The notes under the pieces: generated by a model
The model's database searches: none
What the model was told of the DNA's origin: nothing
Seen by the model: the letters and a program-made list of their open reading frames with translations, nothing else
NCBI RefSeq assembly: GCF_964204645.1
Contig: NC_134033.1
Coordinates: 10,734,655-10,798,654, forward strand
Reading direction: 5' to 3'
Origin: Tubulanus polymorphus
Taxonomy: Eukaryota > Animalia > Nemertea
Length of the DNA stretch: 64,000 nucleotides
Translations under genes and position numbers: made by a program
In this document: piece after piece, positions 51,445 to 62,129 of the stretch
Layout: the number at the start of each line of letters is the position of its first letter
How positions within the stretch are numbered: the first letter of the stretch is position 1

Positions 51445-52116
51445 AAAAAGTCTGAAATGTTTCCTTGAGCTAGTAGTTTATATACTGTATTCATTGAGCT
51501 AGTAGTTTATTCAACATTTCGACTTTATCCTAATAGTCATCTTCAGGAATACTGTATTCATTGAGCTGGTAGTTTATTCAACATTTCGACTTTATCCTGA
51601 TAGTCATCTTCGGGAATACTGTATTCATTGAACTAGTGTAATTTATTCAACGTTTCAACTATATCCTGATAGGCAGCTTCAGGAATACTGATGTCGAAGC
51701 ACTCCAAGTCCGCGTTGAAAAACAGTATGAAATCCTACGCTAACAATAAATAGTCTGAAATGTTACTTTCAGCTATGATGAAGTTTATTCGACGTTTTGA
51801 CTATATCCCGATAGTCGAATCTGAACTCGCAACTGTAGAATACTAAATGCTGTGATTACATCATGAAATATATGCAATCCGGAACAACGAGACTGTTTAA
51901 AGCAGTAGGATGTGATACAAACAAATATCTATCGTAAAAACAGTTACGAACTAAAGAATATGAAAACAGAGCAAACTCACTTAATTAATTAGTCACTTTG
52001 TGCAGGATTGAATATATATAATTCTGTTAAATCGCCTGTATTCCTATAGAGGACTATTAGGATATAGATCAGAATGTCAAATAAACTACTAGCTCAAGGA
52101 AATAGTTTAGACTTTT
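51445..52116. mobile_element. Penelope-like element remnant: tandem 67-bp hammerhead-bearing units plus an inverted terminal copy
   Basis: Three tandem units at 51483-51687, a partial unit at 51785-51817, an inverted degenerate copy at 52038-52116, and another relative at 62043-62107. Confidence 0.6.
51508..51551 (-). ncRNA. Minimal type I hammerhead ribozyme motif (Penelope-like element type), best copy of a tandem cluster
   Basis: Minus strand: UAUUC-CUGAAGA-U-GACU AUUAGGAUAA AGUC-GAAA-UG-UU-GAAUA. Stem I UAUUC/GAAUA, stem II GACU/AGUC, intact CUGANGA and GAAA boxes. Confidence 0.7.
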
Positions 52117-52639
52117 TGGCCACTTACCTGGAAATCAAATTTCTTTTCTTTAATAAATTCAAGGAATTTTGTCGAAATCGCTAGATCGAAGAGTTTCGGT
52201 CTATGTCTTACATATTTGACTGTGTAAATTGATTGGGTTCTTAGCAAATCATGTCGGGGAAAACGACGTACGCGTCAGGAAAAAAGCAAGTCAAATGAAA
52301 GTGGCCATTCTGGCATAGGAATGACAATAACACAGACTCACGAGTGTGTCATTATTAGTAGTATTGTATATTTGATCCGCGTTTCAATGTCTATTTACGC
52401 CGTCTGTCAGTTACACACTTATAGATTCCCGGGGACGTTTTACTCGTAAGATCTAATCAACTCTGTCGTCGTCGTCGTCATTCCGCTACGTATAGAGTAT
52501 CACAGAGCCGCGTGTGTCACTGCGCTGCTGATCGATGCTAGGATTTATCCAGTTTACCAATCCTCGAGTAGATAAGGCTTCCATTATCCGTAGCACTTAA
52601 ACGCTAATACATCTCGCCGAGTGTTTACTTGATGGCTTC

Positions 52640-53240
52640 CTTGCAGTCGCGCAGCTAGAAACAGCCAGAAACAGTGCTAGTCCTAGTATCAGTTTATCAG
52701 CTTACGCATTACTATCGAAACCCTTCGAAACCCCTCGTTCGCCCTCAACGTTGACTGTTCCTTGCAGTCGCGCAGCTAGAAACAGCTAGTCCTCGTATCA
52801 GTTAATCAGCTTAAACGCATAACTATCGAAACCCCTCGTTCAGCCCTCAACACCGACTGTTCCTTTCAGTCGCAGCGAGAAACTGTATCAGTTTAGACAT
52901 TACTATTAAAACCCCCCTCGTTCAGCCCTCAACACTGACTGTTCCTTTCAGTTGCAGCAAGAAACTGTATCAGTTTAGACATTACTATTAAAACCCCCCT
53001 CGTTCAGCCCTCAACGCCGACTGTTCCTTACAGTCACAGCGAGAAACTGTATCAGTTTAGACATTACTATTAAAACCCCTCGTTCACGCTCAACGCTGAC
53101 TGTTCTTTACAGTCGCAGCGAGAAACTGTATCAGTTTAGACATTGCTATTAAAACCCCTAGTTCATCCTCAACACTGACTGTTCCTTACAGTTACTGCTA
53201 GAAAACAGTACCAGTTAAGACATTACTCTAAAAACCCCTC
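52640..53240. repeat. ~82-bp minisatellite (cagtcgcagcgagaaactgtatcagtttagacattactattaaaacccc...)
   Basis: About 7 copies, period 82 (52867 to 52949). Confidence 0.92.
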
Positions 53241-53701
53241 ATATACCTCCCTCTCATTCATATTATTTACAAAACCAGTAACAGATCCTTCCCCTCCATT
53301 ACATTACTATCCATCTTAACCCTATTGCTCAAAATTATGATCAACCCTCTTGCAGTAAAGAGCTAAAAACTGGCTGAGGGTGACCGAAGGCCAGGGGCGG
53401 TGGAGAGTATTTCTGGTAGCTGTGACAACTTTTGTACTTCCCTCTATACCTTCATGTTTGACAGTGGAACTTAAAGCAGAAGGTGAACAATTCCCTGAGT
53501 TTCTATATTTCCCGATTCAATAAAAGCCAAATCAATTCAAAATGAATTGTTCGGATGGTTTGTAAAATTTCAACATTTCAATTTCCCTCAATACGATCCA
53601 CCTACACTGAGTTAACTGAACCGCCACTAGACGGCAGCACTGTCTGGTGATCTTGTCAATTTTTGATTGAAGCCAACTCTACGCTTTTCTTTTTCTTCCA
53701 G

Positions 53702-53921
53702 GAAGCGTCAATCGTTGCCAGGGCAACATTTATGTTGGAATGCGCTCATTTCGTGCATCGTTGTAACCGCGGCGACTGGCCGAATTGGATGAAATTGAAC
53801 TTGCCGAGTTTCCGTCAGGTCGGGCCGCTGCACAGCCGCAACCAACCGTCGGCTTATAAACGTAACACGATGATGCAGAGAATGGCGGGTAGAATGTTCT
53901 ATTCTTGGGGAGAAATGATCG
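53702..53921 (+). CDS. unc80: unc-80 exon I (EASIVARATFMLECAHFVHRCNRGDWPNWMK...)
   Basis: Acceptor ttccag|GAA, donor G|gtaaat, phases 0/1. Highly conserved motif. Confidence 0.95.
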
Positions 53922-54410
53922 GTAAATATTTGAATTTCATCCGCGACTGTCTTCGGCTTCCGTGTGGTTATACGGTGCTGCCCCCAATGAGGACCCTACT
54001 TTCGACAGTGGCTATCGAGGATTCCCCTTGGGGCAAGCGAAGCTCCATCAGGTTCGCTAGTGTGCATTCAGACGACAACTCGTAGATTTCTTCTCAGATT
54101 CATTTAGAATCTATCCATAATTTCTCAAATTCTTTGAATGGTGATCAGAAAAATTCTGTATACATGAGCCTAAAGAGTTTATCAAGGGCAGTGATTTGCC
54201 TAATACCTGATGAGGGAGGCTAAAAATCTGTATGAAACTTATCTGTATGTAAAAATGAGCAAGATTTAGACAGGGTTGTCGCACTGATACGCACGCCATC
54301 TAGTGGGATAGCTGGTGGCACAGAGTCCTCATTATCACCGAGAGATATCTCGTAGTCGGCAGGTGTTAACTTTCGAAAACTTCCCGATTTCGATCGGGAT
54401 TAAGGTACCG

Positions 54411-54530
54411 GGCCCAGTTGCACAGTCATGTCTTGAACTTTAAGACTGGTCCTAAGTTGTAAGATCGCTTATTGAACTATGATGGTCTTAGACTGGTCTT
54501 AAACGTTTATCTTGACTATGCAACTGGTCA
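54411..54530 (-). mobile_element. Family B MITE (inverted)
   Basis: GGCCCAGTTGCACAGTC ... GACTATGCAACTGG. Confidence 0.75.
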
Positions 54531-55021
54531 CAGTGTCCAGCCTCCAGTTTCTGGGGAAAGTTTCTGCTGAAAACGGTTAATTTCGAATTGTTGTCCGCAT
54601 AGATAACATGAAATAATCGTTCAATAACTTGAACATACTTTTAAACAAAGGGGGGGGGCAATTGCTCAAAAGTTTGTTACAGTTAAATGGTGAACAAATT
54701 CAATTGTCACTATATCAGAGCTGCGACTGTCCCTGATTGTGCCTAACTGTGCCTGAGGGTGTTTTTGATGCTATCGAACAAAACCCATACAATTTTCTAT
54801 TTTCCCTCTAAATATCCTTCTTATTCTTCATTATATCCTTGTTGTGTCCCTGAAAGTTTTGTCCTTGAAGTTGAAAAGTCGGCATGTCTGCGATGTCAAC
54901 TGGTTAACTTCAATCAACTTTCGATGGAGCAACTGCAGCCAATGGTTCCAATAGACTCTCTCAAATCAGAAATATTTGGTTAACATGTTAAGTTTAGTTT
55001 TCGTTTTTTTTTTTTTTCAAG

Positions 55022-55150
55022 GAATTCATTTGGAGAATATTCTACGTAAAGAGAATCAAAATCGCTTCGACGTCGTCAATCAGGTTCGAGATGAGAATAA
55101 AAAGAAAGAGTTGAGAGAGGAGGACGAAGAGGAAGACTTCATGGATGAAG
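55022..55150 (+). CDS. unc80: unc-80 exon J (GIHLENIL...EDEEEDFMDE)
   Basis: Long poly-T tract then caag|GA (AAG acceptor), donor G|gtatag, phases 1/1. Confidence 0.9.
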
Positions 55151-55840
55151 GTATAGGGAGAGGAGGAGAGTGCACGGGGGTAGTAAAGGGAGGGGAGACC
55201 AGTCTAAGTTCATCTTAGTTCTATTTCCAATCTAACAACCTAAGACTAGTCTTGAAATTATGAACCACTTTTGGGCAGAAGCAGCCAGGTGTTGGGCTAA
55301 TGATACAGTCAGTAGTTTAGGGAATATGTATTTCTCAACTGATTATCCAGATCAAGTGAAGTCGAATCTACCGATCAAATAAGTGAGAGGGGTCAATTTT
55401 AAGGTGAAAAAAATAACCCACGAGAAGCAAAATTGTCAATTGATTCGTGATAAAGCCTGTCTTCTATTTCACGAAATAGGGCACTTTTTCACCGTAAAAC
55501 GGACACTTTCTTATTTAAAAAGGGCAGCTATCTTGAAGTGCCCGGGTACCTGAATAAATCATTTGAGAATTGATTACTTCATTTTCCAAAAAAAAACAAA
55601 CATGCAAATTATATCCATATTTCTAGTCTTGACCTAAATTTTTTTAACCTGACCATTTGAAGGGCACTTTGAAAATGTTAGGGGGTTCATTCGCTACCCC
55701 TGAACTCCCCCCTCGACATGGGCCTGCTTTGGGCGGGTCATTTGCTAGTGAAAATATTTTTCTTCAGTAGTTGGGTCTAAATGTCACTACTCCTGTAGTT
55801 TATCTTCATAATTGTTGGTTAATTTTCTTCGATACAATAA

Positions 55841-56160
55841 TAGCAAGTGGTTAAGAGCGTTTAACTCTGGGAAGCCACGTCGTGGGTTCAAATCCCGTAG
55901 ATTATCGCAGTGTCCTCGGGCAAGACTTAACCTCATTGTCTCTCTCCACCAAGGAGTAGATGGGTACCTGGCCTGATAGATGACTCCTGAGCAGCTGCTT
56001 GGATGTAACTTCTCCCCAGGGATAGATGACTGATGCATGAAATAGAGTTACAGGCCGGGGGGGGGGGATAATACCGAAAGATTTGGAGCGCATCTGTACT
56101 CACTTTGGTTAGGATACCTGCGCTATATAAAAGAAAATTATTAGTATTATTGATAATAAT
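55841..56160 (+). mobile_element. tRNA-derived SINE with conserved central domain and LINE-like tail
   Basis: A-box agcaagtggttaagagcg, B-box gggttcaaatccc (55884-55896), central gtgtcctcgggcaagacttaacc / ctctccaccaaggagtagatgggtacc, tail gcgctatataaaa..attattagtattatt. Confidence 0.8.
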
Positions 56161-56229
56161 GAATTTCGTACTTAAAAAAAAGAAGTAAAAACCATTAATT
56201 CGATGCGTATTTTCTATGATTATTTCCAG

Positions 56230-56472
56230 CGACCGTGAATCAGACGGGTTCCGATTGTCCGTACGCGTTGAAGATGGTCGCGTGTCAGTTGCTACGCGAG
56301 ATCACGACGTTCCTGCGCGAGACGTACCAATACATTCCGAAGTTCAAATCGTCGTCGAGCAAACGCGAAAACGCGCTCGAGAAAACGTCGCGCAAATGGA
56401 GCAGCGTGTTGAGCAGTCCGGTGCATTCGGACCGCAGCTCGGCCGCGTCGTTCTCCGCCGCTGATCTCATAG
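56230..56472 (+). CDS. unc80: unc-80 exon K (TVNQTGSDCPYALKMVACQLLREITTFLRE...); alternative end at 56712
   Basis: Acceptor ttccag|CG. Donors ATAG|gtgact (56472) and ATAG|gtaata (56712), both phase 1. Confidence 0.9.
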
Positions 56473-56977
56473 GTGACTGTTACCTTACCAACCAAAAACA
56501 ACAACTTCCCTTCCACCATAATCAAAAACAACAGCAGCAGCAGCAGCAGCAACAACTTCCGTCTTATCCTCCCGCTCCTTTCTATCATCTACCCAGCTAT
56601 CTGTTCCATCATTCTCATCATCATCATCACCATCATCGACCTGTCGAACGCGTCCAATCCGATCGAAGTTCCTCTTATCCGGCCGTCGCCACGCCGACCG
56701 CCTCCGATATAGGTAATAATAACACGTACATGGTTTTTATCGTGTATAGGTGGCGTTACTGTGCGTAAAAGTATCGTTATGGAGATGATCGCTGCAGACG
56801 TCAAACAATGAACACACACTCACTCACTCACACACATAGCGATGTTGTCTGCTTATTGTCAAACCGTTCTCTCTATTGTCACACCGTTGCTAAGCACCAA
56901 TTTCGAGTATTTTTGAGATCGCGCGTCGATGCCGTCTGGATTCGAATTTTAAAACGGTTTCGTTCGTTGTTTTTCAG

Positions 56978-57094
56978 GTAGCCCCGGTGATCGTAAGATC
57001 AGTTTCGCCGTTCTCGGGGAACGTAGCGATTCGATACACAGTAGCACAACGACCTTGTCGGCGACAACCGAAGGTCAGGACGATCGCAGTAAAG
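56978..57094 (+). CDS. unc80: unc-80 exon L (SPGDRKISFAVL...DDRSK)
   Basis: Acceptor tttcag|GT. The 3' end is ambiguous among phase-1 donors at 57073, 57094 and 57097. Confidence 0.8.
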
Positions 57095-57354
57095 GTGGTG
57101 GGTTCGTTATCTATGTGACATTTATCTATCGGATTTGTTTTTCTGTGATATCTTGCTCGATGTTAGGGGTACATACCTCAGTTAGGTGCTCAAATTACTT
57201 AGAAATCTTGGACGTGGGCTGCACTATCTATTTTATGCCAGTTTTGTATGGATTTGAAGGATTGCCAAATGAGTCTTCTTTTACTCATTTTGAATCGGGA
57301 AAGATCAGCCATTTTATGAAATTTCTCCAGTATGATTGTTGTTACCACGTCTAT

Positions 57355-57608
57355 AGCCGCGATCACACGAGCGTTTTGGCCCGCGCCAAATTTGTCCCGA
57401 CCAAATTTTAGCACGGGACAAATAATCGCGTTTGAATTACAACTGGTACCAGAAATGACCCACTTCGCTTTGTTTAAGCATTGTTTAGTATCGAGTGAGT
57501 GGATTGCGTGTGTGAACGCTCTTTCTAATTAGGCACGGGCCAAATTTGGATCGAGCCTGATCCGTGCCTGTTTGGCCCGGGCCAAATCGTCGCCGTGTGA
57601 TCGCTGCT
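57355..57608. mobile_element. PIF/Harbinger-like MITE
   Basis: 15-bp TIR AGCCGCGATCACACG / CGTGTGATCGCTGCT, 3-bp TSD TAT, internal tttggcccg(c/g)gccaaa palindromes. Confidence 0.8.
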
Positions 57609-57710
57609 TATGTTCAATGATTTCTTGATGAAGAGTCGTATTCGAGGCTCGTATCGGTCAACCCGTTCACTCAATAAACTCGATTGTGATTGTGAGCGCT
57701 CTCTTTGCAG

Positions 57711-57830
57711 GACGACGTCTGGCCCAAGGTCGCAATAAACTACTGAAAACCAGACGTAATTCAGGTCATAACATGAGCTTCAAACAACCAATGAGAACAA
57801 GCTTTAAACTGAAGCAAACGGACGGGGGCA
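57711..57830 (+). CDS. unc80: unc-80 exon M (GRRLAQGRNKLLKTRRNSG...)
   Basis: Acceptor ttgcag|GA, donor A|gtacgc, phases 1/1, open frame. Confidence 0.82.
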
Positions 57831-58251
57831 GTACGCTAAATTAAATTCATTATCAATTAGTATTATAATCATTATTCATTACACATTTTTTGGCTGAATT
57901 ATTTTCGCACCATAGATTATCATTATGATATCATAATATTTTTTTTTCTTAGTCACAAATTTTGTTGGTATTTTTTTTTCTATACTAACTCGGTTCTGGT
58001 GTTTTCACGCGTAAAATGCATGATGAACCAATCATATTTTAATCTTTTCCGCTCAAATTCTACTTTTCGCTACTAACTAAGGGTTCAATCCCACTTTCAA
58101 AATTAGTTTTATACATACGTATATAGATATGATCCTATATTTCAGTACTTGCCGCCCTCTAAGATGCGCTTTTTTCCTTGTTTCTACATTTCGATTAGAT
58201 GTTTTATTTGTTACCTACGGTAGACTCCGCCTTACTCCGTACAGGTCAACG

Positions 58252-58486
58252 CAGGGGCGGATCCAAGGGGAGGGTGCAGGGGGTGAGCGGTCCCTCTTAA
58301 AATTGCCCTAAAAACATTAAATTGATACCTAGAAAAGTTTAGATTCATATGCTTGTCCCCTGTATTTCCAAAAATTAGTTCATGTTTTCCGATGACTTTT
58401 CTCTTTCGGGATGCCCTTTTAATTATATGGTATACCCTATTTTGGACATGCACTCATCTCTAAATCAGACCCTAGATCCGCCCCTG
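58252..58486. mobile_element. hAT-like MITE
   Basis: TIR CAGGGGCGGATC / GATCCGCCCCTG. No clear TSD. Confidence 0.72.
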
Positions 58487-59044
58487 TTTGGGTGAATTTT
58501 ACTAAACTTGATTTGAATAGAATTTCAAGTACCTACACTACGCGGTAAGGAACAGTCTACTGAATTCGCTTTCGTCAACGCTATTCTATCTTCAGAAATA
58601 TGTTGCTACTGGTAGCTTCATGCTGTGTTTTTGCCCCGACATCCCTTACAATGTACCGGTACTCTATAATTATCTGACCACCTCTGTTCCATCATTACTG
58701 ATATTGATTCCTATTTTTAAACCCACTCTATTTAACCGTACCTGTCTTTGTGTTGTATAAGAATGACATTGTATCAGCTATTATCTCTCTTTCGATTGTC
58801 TCTATCTATAAAGAATCTTTGACCCCTCTTCTATCATTTATGTGTACATGTATTGTGCATATATGATTACTTCTTTTTCTAACAATCTTGTTTCCATTTT
58901 GTTTATTGCACGCATGCTGTTATTTATGATTCGGGACCCAGTTCCGCAGTTGTGAGAAAAAATTTGACTCGGAGTTAGCGCATTGAGAATGAACTAACTT
59001 CTACTCGAATTTAACTCTTACTGACGACAGCAGAACCGGTCCTG

Positions 59045-59144
59045 GATCCAGTTCCACAGTTGTGAGTTTAAGATACAACCTCAGAAAGAGTTTACCTGAA
59101 CTGATTTCAACTCGAGTGTTAACTCACAACTGTGCAACTGGATC
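59045..59144. mobile_element. Family A MITE, preceded by an adjacent degenerate copy at ~58934-59041
   Basis: CTG|GATCCAGTTCCACAGTTGTGAG ... CTCACAACTGTGCAACTGGATC|CTG. Confidence 0.8.
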
Positions 59145-59888
59145 CTGTTCCACAATCGTCCTCCTGCACATCTATCTGTCCTCAAAACCTTACATATGTA
59201 CATGTAGATTTATATTAAATGTCTTAAATGATAACCATACATTTTTCGAATGACGTTTAAGATTCTCGGGTATCAGTTGTGACTATGGAAGTTGTATCGA
59301 ATTCCTGATTTATTGGATTCTGAAAATGAATGGTTAAAATTCTAATGAAAACATTGCTTTGTAACCCCTTAAAGTAGGCTTGAATATCAGATGATACCCT
59401 TAAATATCATCGTATGATACCCTTGGATATCTGAAAATACTCGCAGATATCAGATAGTACCCCTAAATATCAGAAGATACACCGAATATTTGATAATACC
59501 CTCAGATATCATCATGTACTACCCGAAAATAACTATATAAATTCGACCGCCAATCACACAACTAAATCTTCAATCTTCCAAACAAATAAATAACAGGGAC
59601 AATACCTACTTCTACTTTTTGATAGAAAAGTATACATAGCTGCTTTCAAATAACGGGTAGTACCCGAAAGAGATATCAGAGGTATCAGAAAATACCATCT
59701 CAAATATCTGATTATACCTTTAAATATTAGAAAATACGATCAAATCTCAGATAATACCCTTGAATATCAGATGGTGACCTGAATGTAAGAATTTCTGACA
59801 GTAAAGTGTTAACTCTAGTTGACCCATTTACTTTCCCCCTCTCTACTTCGATTCCGGATGATTCTGATTGGTTTAAATATTCAAACAG

Positions 59889-60091
59889 GTATAAAACGCG
59901 TCGGCAGTTTACGTAAAATCAGCGTCCAATCGATTCGCTCGGATAAATCGGACGAAGAACTACACCCTCCGCTACAGCAACAAATCAGTTCGGATATCGA
60001 GTCGCCAGGGGTGATGAGCGACGAAAATCCGGAAAGTCCCGACTTCGATGTCGATGACGAATATATTTATACTCATTTACCCTGGATGAAG
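59889..60091 (+). CDS. unc80: unc-80 exon N (IKRVGSLRKIS...HLPWMK)
   Basis: Acceptor aaacag|GT, donor AAG|gtaaga, phases 1/0. Confidence 0.9.
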
Positions 60092-60389
60092 GTAAGAATC
60101 GGCATTCACGCTCAAAAGTACACCGATCTAAGCTTATTTTGGTCATGTTTTTTAGTTGAGATGTGAGATAACACCAGTCTAAGCTGATATTGGTGTAGTT
60201 TCATGGTTGTGACTTAAAATGAGCATGGGCAAAGCTCATTTTGGTCCAGTTTCACGGTTGAGATTTAAGATAAAACCGGCGTAAGCTCATTTAGGTCTAG
60301 CTTCTGAGATTAGACCAGCCTAAGCTAAGTTTGGTCCTGGTCCACAGTTTTATATCTACTTTGAAGCTATGAAGACACAGTTCTTATTA

Positions 60390-61594
60390 CAGGGCTGCCA
60401 ACCCTCCCGAATTATTCGGAATCCTCCCGATTTGCGTGATGAAATTCCGACGATACGATCGGGTATACACAATTCCGACTTTTTTTTTCTTTTTCGGCGA
60501 TGTCCGATTTTCCACCCGCCAGCGCGTTGTAACACAATATGATGATTTGGTAGAACAGAATTGAATAGGTGGGGAATTTATATGCACGCCCGCGGTGGAT
60601 GAGTGCGTGGCTATATACTGTGTACGTGGGTCAGGCGATAACAGCGCTTACTAGCGCGCGCGTGCGTGCGTGTGTGTGTATGAGAGTAGCTGTGTTATTG
60701 ATTTTATCTACGCATGGCGTACGATTATTTCGTAGTAGGAGAGCAGCTTTTTAATTTGTTTCAAGAATAAAAATAAAGTTCATTCGTTTTAAAATACGTT
60801 GTTTTCAATCATTTTTGTGAAAATATTATGACATGTGGCAAAATGTGATTGTTATTGTCAAATTGCTCCGCATCGTTTCGGAGAAGAATCGGTTTACTGC
60901 GGTAATTAGCTCGTTTTCGCAGCGCGATTAGCATTCGAAGATCCGGGTTAGATTTCAACGTGTGGACTCTTTGAAATGTTTCGGTAAGCAATTGCTTTGC
61001 TAGTTTGAACCTTAATGTTGCCACTCTTGTGTTAGTTTGATTTAAAAAGATAATTTAAGATGCTTTTGAGCAGTGCATCTCAAAGTAAACTTTTAGTTCG
61101 CATATTTGGCAGATGGCAGCACCATCGAGTAGCATGTAGATTTAGAGACTTTTTACTGTTTGTATCTTTCAGTTCTGTACGTGGAGTCTCTCTTGGACAG
61201 TATCGTGGAATTGATGCTGGAAATGGATATATTCGCATGACAGCTGTATAGTGTTATGTAATTCGTTTGACAATTTATGCCAGTTTTATGTTCTTATTTT
61301 TTAGTCTATTGTATATTTTTGATAAACACTGTTGATTTTTATCTTTCATAAAATAATAAAGAAAAAATACATTCTGTAGAATTTGCTGATTTTTTATTTT
61401 GCTAATAATTCCATATTTTCATATCCAGCTTTCATATATTACACGTGAAAGGTATTCCTAATTGAAAGCAAAATATTCCTACTTGGAAAAGTCACAATTT
61501 CTTCGGTTTCGATATATTCCTATTGAAACCTTCAATATTCCTAATTAATCTGCCATTCATCCCTAAATGGAATTTTGAAAGGTTGGCAGCCCTG
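60390..61594. mobile_element. 1205-bp non-autonomous DNA transposon
   Basis: Perfect 14-bp TIR CAGGGCTGCCAACC / GGTTGGCAGCCCTG, 6-bp TSD TTATTA. No transposase ORF seen. Confidence 0.88.
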
Positions 61595-61743
61595 TTATTA
61601 AGATCTTGATTGAGACACAAAAATAAATTTACAACATCACGATTATGCAAATTTGAGAATATGATAAGTAACTGAACCCAATGATTCCGGAATATTTTTT
61701 GCTTCATTGATATTTGTGATGTGTTTCTTTATGTATTTTGTAG

Positions 61744-61974
61744 GTAGTAATTCAGTTTGCGAACACATCCAATTTCATCTGCGACCACCAGGATTTCTGC
61801 CATCCAAACTGTTACGAGAGACAACAGAGGAGCTGCAGTCGATTGATGACCGGCGTCATAAAGGTCTACGAGAGCGATCAACCACCCGAGAAAACTGCCA
61901 CCCCTAAAGACGAGGAGAAATCCGGCGATCAGTCGAAGAGTAAAGAAAATCTTAGAGATAAATTAAAACGTAGA
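61744..61974 (+). CDS. unc80: unc-80 exon O (VVIQFANTSNFICDHQDFCHPNCY...KLKRR)
   Basis: Acceptor ttgtag|GTA, donor AGA|gtgagt, phases 0/0. Conserved FICxHxxxCHPxCY motif. Confidence 0.93.
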
Positions 61975-62129
61975 GTGAGTATTGAAGAAATAGGGTTGAT
62001 ACATATATATATAATTCCTGCACAGAATGAAAAAGTGTTGGTAATGTTTCTTTGAACTAGTAGTTTATTCGACATAACAATTATTTCCTAATAACATCTT
62101 CAGGAATGGGCCTACTGGAGAAATTAAGT

